Source: the human T2T-CHM13v2.0 reference genome, Homo sapiens. Taken from it: 64,000 bases of DNA. Shown here piece by piece: positions 12,359 to 25,739 of the stretch. Position 1 is the stretch's first letter, and each line of letters starts with the position of its first letter. The translations under genes were made by a program, and so were the position numbers. The stretch lies in assembly GCF_009914755.1 (NCBI RefSeq), contig NC_060932.1; one strand, written 5' to 3'. The notes under the pieces were generated by a model, which did not search any database, was not told the DNA's origin, and was given only the letters and a program-made list of their open reading frames with translations.

Positions 12359-14914
12359 TGCAGCCATCTATATGATGCCAAATATATAATACATTCAATG
12401 TTTGCTTAAAACTTCAGCTTAATTCTGATTACAAAATATATATAGATAAAATGTTTTTTTGAAATTATTTTGAGAGCTGGGTGTATCGCCTTAAAACATA
12501 ATGTCTTTAGATGACTTGTTCACTAGCGAGTTGTGTATAAATATTAAAAATAAAGGTAAGAGTTGACAGTATACATGATTGACCAGAAAGGCAGTATGTG
12601 TCATCCAGACCTCAACGTCTACCCCACAGCCTTCCCCAGCCATCTAGAGTAATGGCCAGCATTGGCTGTCCACACCAATTAAATTAATCAAAGTGTCAGC
12701 TCGCTTCTACCCTTCACAATCTATGTGTAATGCCAAAAAAATTAAACCAACTGGTCAATAATTTTTCCCAAATTGATTCAAACTCAGTTATGTGCTTTAT
12801 TGTCAAATGTTTTATTCTGAGATTAAAAAAAAAACTACCAAACAAATCTGAAGCATTTTATTGTCAAATGTATTTAGTACTTTACATGGGAATAATTTCT
12901 ATAGAGAGCAATGTATATAATTATGAGTGATGAATGGAAATATACAAGTGATTACGATCCATCTGTGGTTGATATTTTCGTAAAGTTGAATTCATTTAAA
13001 TTAACTAATTAATTGAAAAAGGAATTGTTGTAGTTGGCTGAGGAAAACTGCAACTACAGTCACGTAGAGCAACAAGTTTCCAAGTATAAGATTAGAAGAG
13101 GAATAGGTTGTTTGTACTAGTTTTCATTCTTGTTACAATTGTTGTTATGAGAATGGATTCATGTTGTGCCATTTTCTGTTTCTTTGCCATTTTTTGTCAC
13201 AAGAACAAGATATGAGAATCTCAATGGCTAGTGTTATCTATGAAAGGCAATAAACTATTCTGTTTTAACCTTTCATATGGTCTCATTTTGACTGACTAGC
13301 TATTCTACCTCTTTCTCCTAAGTTACCAATGCTGTTAAAAGAAAAGAAGAGAAATCGTTGCCCAATCAAATGGGAGAACATTAAAAAGGTCAAAGCAGTA
13401 GACTTTGCTGCTGGCTTTCACAGCATGGATGAAACATTTTTTTAAAAAAAGAAAAAAACTTATTCTTGTGACAAAGATTGCAATAAGAATAGAAAATGTC
13501 AGATCAAGAATCTATTCATGGGACAATGATTGCAATGGGAATGAAAATAGTGCACGCTTTACCCTTTCTTTTTATAATCATAGTAAAGTAACTTCATGTG
13601 GTGCTGCTTGGGAGCTCAAGTTGAGAATTCTGAAACTAGAAGAAAAAATCAAAAGGAATAGTGCGGCATAATGTAAGAAGTATCAACATTTAAGTGACCA
13701 CCCAAGGTATCGGCATGTCTCAATTACAGAATGTGGGTGGTTTTAACTTAAGGGCTGGTAAAATTGGTCTGCAGATTAACCACATATAGTTAAACAGGAA
13801 TTGTATTTCAATACTTACATTGCTTTTGAAATATCAAACTGTGGACCTTTCTTTATTATGTAAGCCATAAAACATGTTTCTAAATACCCATAAACTAGTA
13901 AGTCATTAACAAACACTATAGACACTTAAACATTTTTTCCTGTGACTACAAATGACAAATCACTCACATGCTTCTTTTTAAGTTCTTTCTAGAACAGAAG
14001 CCTAAATTGAGACTTCCAGTGTGCTCAAATAATAATTGTAAGATATAGAATTAAGCAGTAGAAGCCCTTCCCAAATTTAAAGTGAATTTGAATGAATTGC
14101 TTCAATATACATGACAGTTAAGATATTATTTCTAGAATAATAATATAATTAGGAAATCAAGTAATATCTCAAAACTATCATATAGGACTCCCACAATACA
14201 TTTACTGAGAAACACAACCAAGTCACAAAAAGAGAACCTTTCTTTTGGCTTTCTAACTTGATAACTCATCTATTTAAATATTGGGTGTATACCTAATATT
14301 TGCAACCAGAGCCATGTTCCTGGGCCCACACAATCCCATCCTGGCTCAGTGGTTTCTCGCCAAGGCACTGTAATGTTTCCAAAACCCCCCCTCCACCCCA
14401 AGGAATGACATAGATTTGTACTTGTATTTATGAATTTTCATTAGCCTTATACATATAGGGGGAAAAAAATCAATAGCTGACTGACTTTTAGACGTCCAAA
14501 GACAAGGAAAATTTTTGAAATTAAGATTTTCTTTTCTGATTCTAAATGAGTGTTCTGAACAGAGAGCAGCAGACGTATCATCCGTAACTTGAGACCACTA
14601 AATTTACTTCTTGAGAATTTGGGGTTTCTCTTCCATTTGTGGGAAGATCCTTAAAACTCAGAGCTGAATCTTAGCTTTAAGCATAAACATTAGTTCCAAA
14701 ATGGTTGTCCATATGCTATATTGGTATTTACGTTGCATGATATTATATAACAAAACTAGCAAACCCTGCAAGTTCTGGAACACACAGATTTGAAAAAAAA
14801 AAAGCAGTAAAGTTCGGTTCAAACTCCTACATGTGTTATACTTTTGAGTTTGCCATCACAGTATGACTAAAGGAAAAAGTTATTTGACTGGAGTTTAGAC
14901 AGCAGCTTTTTGAG

Positions 14915-14992
14915 GAAAGGGACCCTGTTTCATTCATTCCCAGCAGTAAAACCTGGTGGTACTCAATAAATATTTTCTGAATTGATGAATTA
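14915..14992 (+). mobile_element. L2 3' tail fragment
   Basis: agggaccctgtttcattca...ggtactcaataaatattttctgaattgatgaa. Confidence 0.6.
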
Positions 14993-15283
14993 ATGGCCAT
15001 GTTAATAAGACACTTATGATCATTGAGGCTCCAAAGGCTGTAGCATGTCCCAAACTCAGATACGGTGGGGGAACTCCAGGTGCAGCTTTTCATGGGGAAC
15101 TCTCACGATGCTAGAAGTCAATGAAGCATATTTATTCATGCCTGTTTCAGGGTGGGCATTGCAAAAACCACATCAGGGAAATGTCAGTAGCTGCTGTTAT
15201 TTCGAAGCTAGGAATTCATGGAGATTTCTAGGTATGGTTTGAACTTTAGGACTTTTTTGTTTCAATTATATATTGTTTAAAAT

Positions 15284-15325
<42 letters not shown>

Positions 15326-15370
15326 CTCTATGTATCTATGTATCCATGTGTCTATCTATCTATCTATCTA
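15284..15370 (+). repeat. compound tetranucleotide STR (TCTA)10 tcc tcta tgta tcta tgta tcca tgtg (TCTA)5
   Basis: units counted directly. Confidence 0.95.
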
Positions 15371-15563
15371 TGAATGACCCAAGATATTATTTGACCCAAT
15401 GTAATTGTACATGTCTACAGGTTACAGGAATTTTAGGATTTTTGGAACGGCCTTTTCTACCTCCCTCAGGATGATTCCAGCATGCTACAGAAGAGCCTGA
15501 GAACTAAGGTCCCGAATCTGTTAAAATGTGAGTATCCTGGGGATGGTTGTCAGCCAACACCCT

Positions 15564-15638
15564 AGCACCCATAGCATCCTGACAACAATTAAAATGTTTT
15601 CTAATGACATGAAAGAGATTTTGATATGATCTGGAATT
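15564..15638 (+). repeat. copy 1 of a 75-bp dispersed direct repeat
   Basis: ungapped alignment to 16321-16395: 58/75, last 27 bp identical. Confidence 0.85.
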
Positions 15639-16320
15639 ATTGCTTATGGCCTTGGTGTGAACTCACTTACCACGCCCTGTGCTGTAAATAGGCTTTAAGG
15701 GAGAGATAGAAGATACCCAAAGGTGAGAGTCTGAGAATAAAGTGGGAATGTTGAGACAATCTTCCTATTCACTATGTTGGGAGAACACGGACACACTCCA
15801 TATATCTTGTTAGAGTTATTAGGATTAGTGAAAGTCACTTTCTTTCATAAAGCTTTACTGGGATCCAGTGCCAACACATTTTAAAAAATAGAGTTTTACT
15901 TTCTCTTTCCCTGGTTGGTGTTTTTGCCTTGACTAACTTCTACCTGAAGCACCTAAAGCACTCAGTATTAATAGCTCCTTGAAGAAAAACCAGAGAATTT
16001 GGTTACAGGATCTTCCTTTCTTCTCCAGCAGGTCTAGTCTCTACTGTCAACCACTGACCCAGAGGTGCTTAAAACCAGAATCCAATATGTGCTTTCGCTC
16101 ATCATTTAAAATCTTTCTGCTCTACAAGGGAGAAACATTTTTCTCTCGTAGCCTTATTAACTGCAGAAAAGAGCATTTTTATTCTTAATTTATGTTCTGA
16201 AAGCATGTCAGCTTTTGTGTCTGTCATTTAGAAGCTATGATTCACAAACATGGGTGAGTTCATTAGCTGCCAAGGCTCAGGTGACTGTTGGGGTGGCCCT
16301 TGGTTTGATGTAAAAGCACA

Positions 16321-16395
16321 AGTGCCCATAATATCCTGAGAGCCAGCAGAATGTTTTTAAGCTGCATAAAAGAGATTTTGATATGATCTGGAATT
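16321..16395 (+). repeat. copy 2 of a 75-bp dispersed direct repeat
   Basis: offset 757 bp from copy 1; shared core aaagagattttgatatgatctggaatt. Confidence 0.85.
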
Positions 16396-17094
16396 CTTTG
16401 GCTAACTGGAGGCCAAATTGCATTCAATGTCTTAAAAGCCAGTATAAATGATTACAGAACATCCATTTCTTTAGCAGATGGTCATTTGTTTTCACTTTCT
16501 GCTTAATTTAATGTAAATATTCAGATTGACCTTTGTTTTTCCACAGTCTTACAGATTGTTCTTGAAATATCATGTCAGAGAATCTGGCTTATAGGGTAGC
16601 TTTTTAGAACAGTAATTCTTGCTTTTAAAGGATCTCAATTTTATTACAAAAATGTAAGATCACCTTATATTGATTTAACTCTACATCAGTGATCACTGAT
16701 GAAAAATATAAAATTTGTAAGAGTAAAGGCCACATTACATGTAATCATGGAAAAGAAGCAGTGATTGATGGCGGAAATGCACAATGATCTTCCTTTCATG
16801 GATATTGTTTTGCGAAATTTTGAACTAGAAATAAATTAATGGTTTGGCTTTACCTTTTCTGATTGGGGGAATATTCATTACAAACTCGTCAGAATAAAGA
16901 GGAAAAATGTTTTTCTACCTACCATGTACTTTCTTCAGTTCAGCTAAAGAATTGACCTAGTTATCCTTTTGGCTTAGCTGTAGCTGGGGAGGTAGTGCAC
17001 TTTTTCTTTCAGAGAGTCTTGACTTGTTGGGAAATATAGATGTCCATTAATTGAGCTTGGTTCAAATGTAGAAACCCACTTGATAAGACCCATG

Positions 17095-17548
17095 ATAGTT
17101 GACATACAACCTCTGCTTGCATACGGTCAGTAATATTGAATTATTTACTTTTCAAGGAAATCCATTTTATTTTTAATAACTCTTACTGTAGAATATTCTT
17201 CTTTTTAAAATCAAACTTAAAACTGCTTCTCTGTAACTTCCAACCTTTGCATTTGGTTCTGCTTTCTGGAACATCATTGAATAAACTGAATTTCACATGG
17301 AGACTATTCATATATGTGGCATGCTGATTTTTCAATTCAAATATTCCAAGCTTCTTCAGCTATTCCTCATATGTAATGGTTGAGGGATTTGTCTTTTTTG
17401 CTGCTCTTTTGATGTCTTCTAGATTGCCAATGTTTTTCCTATGGAATACTTGGCAGAACTGAAAATGCATCTAAATGTGATCTGAATAATAAAAAGTAGA
17501 ATGGATCTCTCACCTCCTTTAATATACAAGCCATACTTCTTTTATTAT
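17095..17548 (-). mobile_element. L3/CR1 LINE fragment, left part
   Basis: aacctctgcttgcatac, ctgtaacttccaacctttg, ttcctcatatg and cagaactgaaaatgcatctaaatgtgatctga are antisense CR1 motifs. Confidence 0.8.
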
Positions 17549-18240
17549 GTTTTTGTTTTTTAATTATACTTTAAGTTCTGGGATACATGTGCAGAATGTG
17601 CAGGTTTGTAACATAGGTATACACATGCCATGGTGGTTTGCTGCACCCATCAACCCGTCATCTACATTAGATATTTCTCCCAGTACTATCCCTCCCCTAG
17701 CCCTCCACCCGCCGACAGGCCCTGGTGTGTGATATTCCCCTCCCTGTGTCCGTGTGTTCTCATTGTTCAACTCCCACTTATGAGTGAGAACATGCGGTGT
17801 TTGGTTTTCTGTTACTGTGTTAGTTAGCTGAGAATGATGGTTTCCAGCTTCATCCATGTCCCTGCAAAGGACATGAACTCATCCTTTTTTATGGCTGCAT
17901 AGTATTCCATGGTGTATGTGTGCCACATTTTCTTTATCCAGTCTATCATTGATGGGCATTTGGGTTGGTTCCAAGTCTTTGCTATTGTGAACAGTGTTGC
18001 AATAAACATACGTGTGCATGTGTGTTTATAGTAAGATTATTTATAATCGTTTGGGTATATACTCAGTAATGGGATTGCTGGGTCAAATGGTATTTCTGCT
18101 TCTAGATCCTTGAGGAATCACACACTGTTTTCCACAATGGTTGAACTAATTTACATTCCCACCAACAGTGTAGAAGCGTTCCTATTTCTCCACATCCTCT
18201 CCAGCATCTGTTGTTTCCTGACTTTTTAATGATTGCCATT
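17549..18240 (-). mobile_element. 5'-truncated L1PA7-like element (3'UTR plus ORF2 C-terminus)
   Basis: T-rich tail then ttatactttaagttctgggatacatgtgcagaa; ORF 17824-18009 encodes the ORF2p C-terminus (MFIATLFTIAKTWNQPKCPS); TSD-like tttattat at 17541-17548 and 18239-18246. Confidence 0.95.
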
Positions 18241-18375
18241 TATTATAATGTAGCCTAGAATACCTTGTGCTTTTCAACACTTACTAACTGAATTCATGAT
18301 AATCTAAAATTCCAGGTATTTTCCATGAAGAATTCTGACAAATGAACACCTCTCCCTTCTATTCTGGTGCAAGCA
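18241..18375 (-). mobile_element. L3/CR1 fragment, right part
   Basis: aatgtagcctaga...ctaaaattccaggtattttccatgaa resumes the CR1 consensus where the left part stops. Confidence 0.7.
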
Positions 18376-18449
18376 CTTGAAGGGGAAATAATTAAAAACT
18401 GTTAATATTTTAATAAGGTGATAAAATCATCACAGTATTTTTGGAAATG

Positions 18450-18600
18450 AATTGACTTTAGAAGTCATCTAGTATGATCCTTAAATTTTACAGATGATAA
18501 ATTTGAGAGTCCAGAGAAAATAAGCACATTGGCCAAAGAACATTTGACAGCGTGTGTTGAGGCAGGGCCAGGCCCTCAATCCTTCAATTCACTGAGAGCA
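18450..18600 (-). mobile_element. MIR (MIRc/MIR3-like)
   Basis: tttagaagtcatctagt...ttttacagatgataaatttgagagtccagaga. Confidence 0.7.
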
Positions 18601-19244
18601 GAAATACTGTTTAACAACTTCATAACTAAGACAGAAAAGGCACTGGCTACTGAGCACTGGTAAAGCAAACTGGCTGAACCCACTGGCTAATTTTAGCAAC
18701 TGTCATCTGCAAATTAATTTCAGGAAGCTATATCCAGCTAGAGATTTGAATTGTGAAAGGCCGCTTGACATTTCTTTAAGGTAAAAGTGTAGAATTATTT
18801 TATTGCCTTCCAAGTACTCAGCCCCTGGCTGTAGTAGGGTCTCAATGGGATTATGTTGCTCTATCATTTTCCTCCCAGTTTTACTTCTTTCAAGTGGTGA
18901 AAGGACAGAATAGCAGAAAAAGATGCAGTAGAATTAGGAACAGGAAACCGCAGAAAAGAAACTGTTTATTTATCTTGCTCCCTGGCAGTTATTCCTCTTC
19001 TAACAGTGAGAGAGGAGTGAGGCTCGTTTCTGTCAGATAAGCAGCAAGAGGTGCTTTGATGATGGGTTAACATGAAGATTGAGTACAAACTCCCTGCAAA
19101 TTTAGAATTTATTTCAAGGAAAAGACAATTTCAGGATTAGTGAGAAAAGTGCAGAATTTTCCTCTAGGTTGTTATTAGTGGGAGGCCGAAAAGTGCCACA
19201 CAACTGGTCACAAGCCTCTCTGCATAACCCTGTGGAATGGAAGC

Positions 19245-19341
19245 TGCTGAGATTCTGATTCTGTAGGCTTGGGGAAGTTCCAGTGCTTTTAGAATTGCTC
19301 CTCAAGTTACCATGATGCACAGTTAAAGTTCATCATCACTG
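19245..19341. mobile_element. MER5-family hAT fragment
   Basis: agattctgattctgtaggcttgggg...tgatgcacagttaaagttcatcatcactg. Confidence 0.55.
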
Positions 19342-19575
19342 ATATAATGGTTAAGAGCCTGGGCTGTGTATGTAGTTGATCTGCTGATTTGAATCTGAGC
19401 TGATCCCTTATTAACTACATGTCTTTAGTTGTGCCCTCTAAGCTCAATTTTCTCATACGTAAAATGCCAATGATATTGGGAAGATATTATTATGATTCAG
19501 CTTCATAAGGTTGTTATGATGATCAAATAAACTTACAGGCAAAGTACTTGGTAAAGATATGCAGTAAACATCCGA
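19342..19575 (+). mobile_element. MIR
   Basis: taatggttaagagcctgggct...tttgaatc...ctaagctcaattttctcatacgtaaaatg...aggttgttatgatgatcaaat. Confidence 0.8.
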
Positions 19576-19889
19576 TGCCTACTGGTATCCTGAGTATTTC
19601 TTTAGAAGTTCCTCTAAAATGCAATCTTCATAAATATGATACTGTTCAGATATTATGACAAATACATATCACACATGTATATACATAATACAATTTAAAA
19701 ATTGGAATGTGAACAGCAAAATGTGAGAATTGGCTGGAAGGGGCTGGATTTTATGGGCTGGCAAACAAGATGTAGTGTATCACAGGACTAGAAAGGGCTG
19801 AAGTGTGTCCCTGCTGTTAAAGAATAGGATGAAAAACTATGTAAGATATTGGATTAAGGGAAAAGATAAAGAATTCCAGCTGGTTAATA

Positions 19890-20045
19890 CACATTGAATG
19901 TCTTTGTATCCTATTATTTAATTCTCAGAACCAATTTATGAAGTCAATACTGATATTATTTGATTTCAAACTGAGAAGTCAGGGCTTGCAGTGGTTAAAA
20001 AACGTGTAAGATATATTGTTAGTAAGTGATGGAGACTCTCAAACA
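19890..20045 (-). mobile_element. MIR fragment
   Basis: atttaattctcagaaccaatttatgaag...gttagtaagtgatggag. Confidence 0.55.
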
Positions 20046-20279
20046 TATGGACTGTATAGTAATTGCCATTTAGACCACAAAGTAATGATTGAAGACCTTC
20101 TACCACCTAATGGCAGAATATCCAAATTGCAGGTTTTGTTTATTTGAGGTTTGAAGAAATTTCACATTTAAAATTTTAGCAGAACTCTAAGATTCTGCAG
20201 GGTGTGAATGGGACTTGACTCAATATTTGTCACCGCACCAACAAATTTGACTAGGAGGTATCGTACCATATTTTAGAAT

Positions 20280-20500
20280 ATATAGCATTGTTTAGTGCTC
20301 AGAAAAACATGGGTTGGGACTTCATCACTTTTGGGATCTTGTGCAAACTTTGACCTCTGTGAGTGAGCTTTATGTCTTATTATGTAAAATAGGGACAAAG
20401 TTTTATACTTTTCAAGCTTCTTTATGCATAAGAAATAATACACATTGAAATAATTTGGCACAGTTCCTGGCACATAGAAGATGCTTAGTAAATGATAATG
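20280..20500 (+). mobile_element. MIR
   Basis: tgtaaaatagggaca...ttggcacagttcctggcacatagaagatgcttagtaaatg. Confidence 0.75.
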
Positions 20501-20544
20501 CACTTGCTTCAGGTGCACACTTAACTTACCTAAAAGCAACTATT

Positions 20545-20614
20545 GAGAGGGAAAGAGAGGAAGAAGGGGAGAAGAAATGGGGAAGGGAAGAGGGAGGAAG
20601 ATGGAGAGGGAGAG
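20545..20614 (+). repeat. GA-rich polypurine low-complexity tract
   Basis: direct reading. Confidence 0.8.
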
Positions 20615-20621
20615 ATTTTCA

Positions 20622-21000
<379 letters not shown>

Positions 21001-21199
21001 TTAATAAATGCTTGGTTGGAGCTCCTAAGTGTCCATTTATAGACATTAAAATGTGATTTAAGTGGTTTTATGGGGACAATTTTGGCTTAATTTCCTCTTT
21101 AAACATTGACTAAAAAACGAAAAATTGAATGTGTTTTACTCTATGGTCAGTAGCAGTATTAATAACAAAACGATAATATTATAAGTGTGATGCTCTATT

Positions 21200-21285
21200 T
21201 TAAAGGTATCGATGAGGATTCAGTAAGGTAAGATTGAAAACTTAAAATGCCTTGCCAATAATTGGTGCTCTAAAATGCAAGTTCT
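21200..21285 (+). mobile_element. MIR 3' fragment
   Basis: gatgaggattcagtaaggtaa...ggtgctctaaaatg. Confidence 0.45.
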
Positions 21286-21554
21286 CTTCCCATTGTTGCA
21301 GGCGCGTCCCCTCAAAATTTCAATGAAGTGTGACACCGTGAGAATCTTCACACAGGCCCCTGAATTATAATTTAGAAAAAAGGTTTTTTTCCTCCCATAG
21401 AAGGTTGAGAACTTCCTGTGAAATGATTTGATTATTTGTTTTCACAGAGCATTAAAACAGAGTGATTTTCTTAGTGATTATAGACTTAATATGGAGGTAC
21501 ATGGGTTTTGTAATGCTTATTGAAATACAGAAAATTTTAAATTACATTTCTTAA

Positions 21555-21924
<370 letters not shown>

Positions 21925-22355
21925 TAAGACCTACATCTGTCTTCCACTCCCCAAGTTTTTTTTTGGTCTAAATTTGTTATTGTTTTGATTAATTTGACAT
22001 TTCACATAAAAATATATCCATATATATGTAACAGATGAGCATTTAAAAGTTGGGTTCAATGATAGGTTAATTATCTACCCTTTTACCTGTTCTCCTAGGT
22101 GATTCTTGCATGTCTGAGGTGTCTAAGCCTTGTAGGCTAACCTTGAATGTCAACTGTTAAATTTTCCACCTTCAGCTCTTCTAGAAGGCATGGATGACAG
22201 CTGACCAGAGAGTTTTATTGAGCCTGACCATTGATGTCACATGAGTTCATAGGGAGGATGTCTTTCCACCTTTACTCAGGCATTACTTAACACAGACACA
22301 CAATAATGCAAGAAGTAACCCAAACCCTTCTTCATGTGAAAAGTCGAGAGTGTCA

Positions 22356-22723
<368 letters not shown>

Positions 22724-22964
22724 TTAATAAACAGATCACTCTTACATGAGTTGCATTGCAAAATGGTAACTTGGCAGACTCAGATCGTGCCTCCATCCAC
22801 CTAAAGAAGACATATTCAGATACATCCATCATGTGACAGAATAGAGATGTTAAAATGATTATGACTGTACAGAGGTATTGATATTACTGGAGATGTACAC
22901 AGCAGGAGGCATTATCTAGTTTCATGGTCTACCTGCAATGCAAAACAAAAAGGCCTTTTTCTGC

Positions 22965-23190
22965 AGGCACCTGCTGAAATCCTTCTCTTCCCTTACTCTG
23001 CAGTTTAAGTGACATTTCTTCCAAGAAGTCTTTATGAGATTCTTCAGGCACAATTAATTGTTCCCTTCTCCAAATTCTCTGGTATTTATTAGAGTCTGTC
23101 TGCTATCAAACTTTGCTATGTGTCTGTTTTGTGTATTCACCATGGCAACTAGCATGTTGAACAGAGTAGTTACAGGAATAAAATATCTTT
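22965..23190 (+). mobile_element. L2 3' fragment
   Basis: tttaagtgacatttcttccaagaagtcttt...tgtattcaccatggcaactagcatg...aataaaatat. Confidence 0.55.
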
Positions 23191-24002
23191 CCAGTTCGAG
23201 CCTCTTTCTTGCTGGTGTGCTCAGTGATTTCCTCTGTCTCCTACTCTATGTAGGCTGTTCCATACTGTACCTGGTGTGTTCTTCTATCTAGGAACCAGGA
23301 CAAAAATCTCTCATCTTTTCTTTTTTGCTCACTACCAAGGAAAACACGTTGGTTGAAAGGGTCATCTGCTAATTATTGTTAAGAAACACACAGAAGATAA
23401 TAACAGGAAACTATTCAGAAGAATGAAGATGGAACAGAGATTTAAGGTGCTTTTCCAGGTTCTTATGGTCATGTTGCCTGGTTTATAGTTCTTATGGTCA
23501 TGACTAGGTTTTCTTTTTCTTTTAAATTTCCTTTCCTTTCCCATTTCCCCCCGCTTCATTCCCTCCCTCCCTCTCTTTCTCTCTCTCTTTCACTGGCATG
23601 CAGATTCCTGCTGCTCTTTATTTAGAGTGTGTGCAGCACCTCATTATAGTTCCCTTTCCTCGGCCACTGCTTTCTTTCTTTATATCTTTCTCAGAGCCTT
23701 TCCCATAGAGGATACTACAATAGAGAAGAAACATCCACTTACATATTTCCTTGTCTCAAGGAGTTAATTTTTATATCCGAAACCTCTAGGTTGACCTCAG
23801 ACCTATTATTCTCTTCTTGGTCCAACCCTGTTATTTATTTATCTATTTATTAGCACCCAAGCTATTTCAAAGATAAATAAAACACGGTCCTTATTATTAT
23901 TATCAAATAATAACTTGTCTTCTATTTGGATAAAGTTCTAGGTTCAAAATACTGCAATATTTTGTTATAAGTTCCAAAAGGAAGATGTATTAGGTAGACT
24001 TT

Positions 24003-24550
24003 GTGCAAAGGCAATTCCATGGAGATATGATAGTTAAAAAACAAAAACAAAAACCAATAGCGCTGAAACAATTAGATCCTGACAAACAAAAAATGATTCT
24101 GAGCCCTGATTTGTACCACATATAAAGGTTAATTCAAAATACGTCATATATCTATATGTAAGATGTAAAACTAAAAAATTTACAACAGATAAATACACTA
24201 ACCTCATTAGTTATTAGGGAAATGCAAATTAAAACCATAATGAAACATCACACCCACTAGAATGACTATGATCAAAAAGATAGGAAAAAGTTTTGGCAAA
24301 CGTGGAGAATTCAGACCTTTCAAACGTTACTGGTTGGAATGTACAATGGCACAGCTGCTTGCAAAACAGTTTGGCTGTTTCTTGAAAAGTTAAGCAAAAC
24401 ATATACTTACCATATGATCCAGCCATTCCACTCTTAGATATTTACCCAAGAGAAATGAAAGCATGTGTCTACACAAAGACTTGCATGTAAAAGTTCAGAG
24501 CAGTTTTATTTTAAGAGCTCTGAACTGGAAACAACCCAGAATCCATCAAA
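24003..24550 (+). mobile_element. old L1M (L1MC/MD/ME) ORF2 3' region, internally deleted near 24190
   Basis: agggaaatgcaaattaaaacc, ccatatgatccagccattccactcttagatatttacccaagagaaatgaaa, ctggaaacaaccca. Confidence 0.85.
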
Positions 24551-25039
24551 TCCTAGTCTGCTTGTGAGGAAAGACGCAGTCTCTCCAGCTCACATTTTCC
24601 TTCTTGATACTGAAGACAGGCACACTGACCATTTGTGTTTTAAAATTTTTTGTTGTTAATCATTATGTAGAACTTTCAAAGGATAACAAACACAAAAATC
24701 ACAAGACTGGAAGCAAGGTTACCCACCCTGAAAAATGTATCTGTGCTGGTTTTATTCTACTCTTGTACTAGCTGGTACAAGAGATCTGGATAGTAACCAA
24801 TTTTGCTCACCTACGTTTATTCCTGAGGATGAGGCTTACCAAATCTCCTTCCGAGTGTACTCTCCTACCCTTTTAAAAACAAAGCTTGCTTTCCTAAAGA
24901 TTCAAAGAGATTAAATGAAGGCATGTTGCACCTTTCACCTTGTCTCATGTAGCCTAATTAGACCACTAAGCATCTTTCAGCTGGATGACACCCAGCCTAG
25001 GATATTTTTTCAAAACCTCAAACACAAATAAACACTCAG

Positions 25040-25565
25040 TTTCTACTTTTCTGAACTGCTTATTTGTTTTTCGCATTATTAAGACAGTAGGTACAATAGA
25101 AATTAGAAAAACAAGCACAAAGAAGAAAAAGAAACCCGTCTACATATTACAAGGCAGATTAATAGTTTGGTACATTTATATACATAGCTTACAGTTGTAA
25201 TTGGAATAAAACTGTAAGTATAACTTTATAAGGCTTGTTCCACTTATATCTTAAGTATTCTGCAATATGACTAAATGATTTGGAACATATAACTATAGTG
25301 GCTACAGAGTATTCCATTGTGTGGATTTATTATAAATTTAACTACCTCTCATTATTGGAAGTTAAATTTGTTCTAATTATTCAGTCTTACAAAGAACACC
25401 TCAGTGAAAATCTTTTTACACTTTTGTCCCCATTTCTGATTATTAATTTTAGTTAAGTACCCAGAAATGGAATTTCTTAATCAAATAGTCAAATAGAATT
25501 TGTTGTTTTTTTTTTAAAGAACATGTAATAAAATCACTGACCGGAAAGGTTACATCAATTTAAGA
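25040..25565 (-). mobile_element. L1ME-type 3' region
   Basis: tggctacagagtattccattgtgtggat...cccagaaatggaatttc...gaaaggttacatcaattta. Confidence 0.7.
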
Positions 25566-25611
25566 GAGTTTCTGACACAAATCCTGGCTGGCTTCCTTCT
25601 GTGGCTTTATC

Positions 25612-25720
25612 AGGTTTCCAGATCTGAATTTAAAAAACACTCCAGACCAGGATGTAAGCAAGACAATCCATTGGGTAAAGGAAATAACACATTGCCAAGA
25701 ACTTCTATTTCCACATCTTA
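25612..25720. mobile_element. hAT-Charlie MITE (Charlie18a-like), left part
   Basis: gcaagacaatccattgggtaaaggaaataa...agaacttctattt. Confidence 0.5.
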
Positions 25721-25739
25721 AAGGTCTCATTCTTTTTAG

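Noticed and set aside
15284-15370. Identity with a forensic STR locus
   Set aside because: The flanks do not match the TCTA/GATA core loci I recall
15612-15638. C/D snoRNA reading of the repeat core
   Set aside because: No proper RTGATGA box C with downstream CTGA box D and terminal stem in both copies
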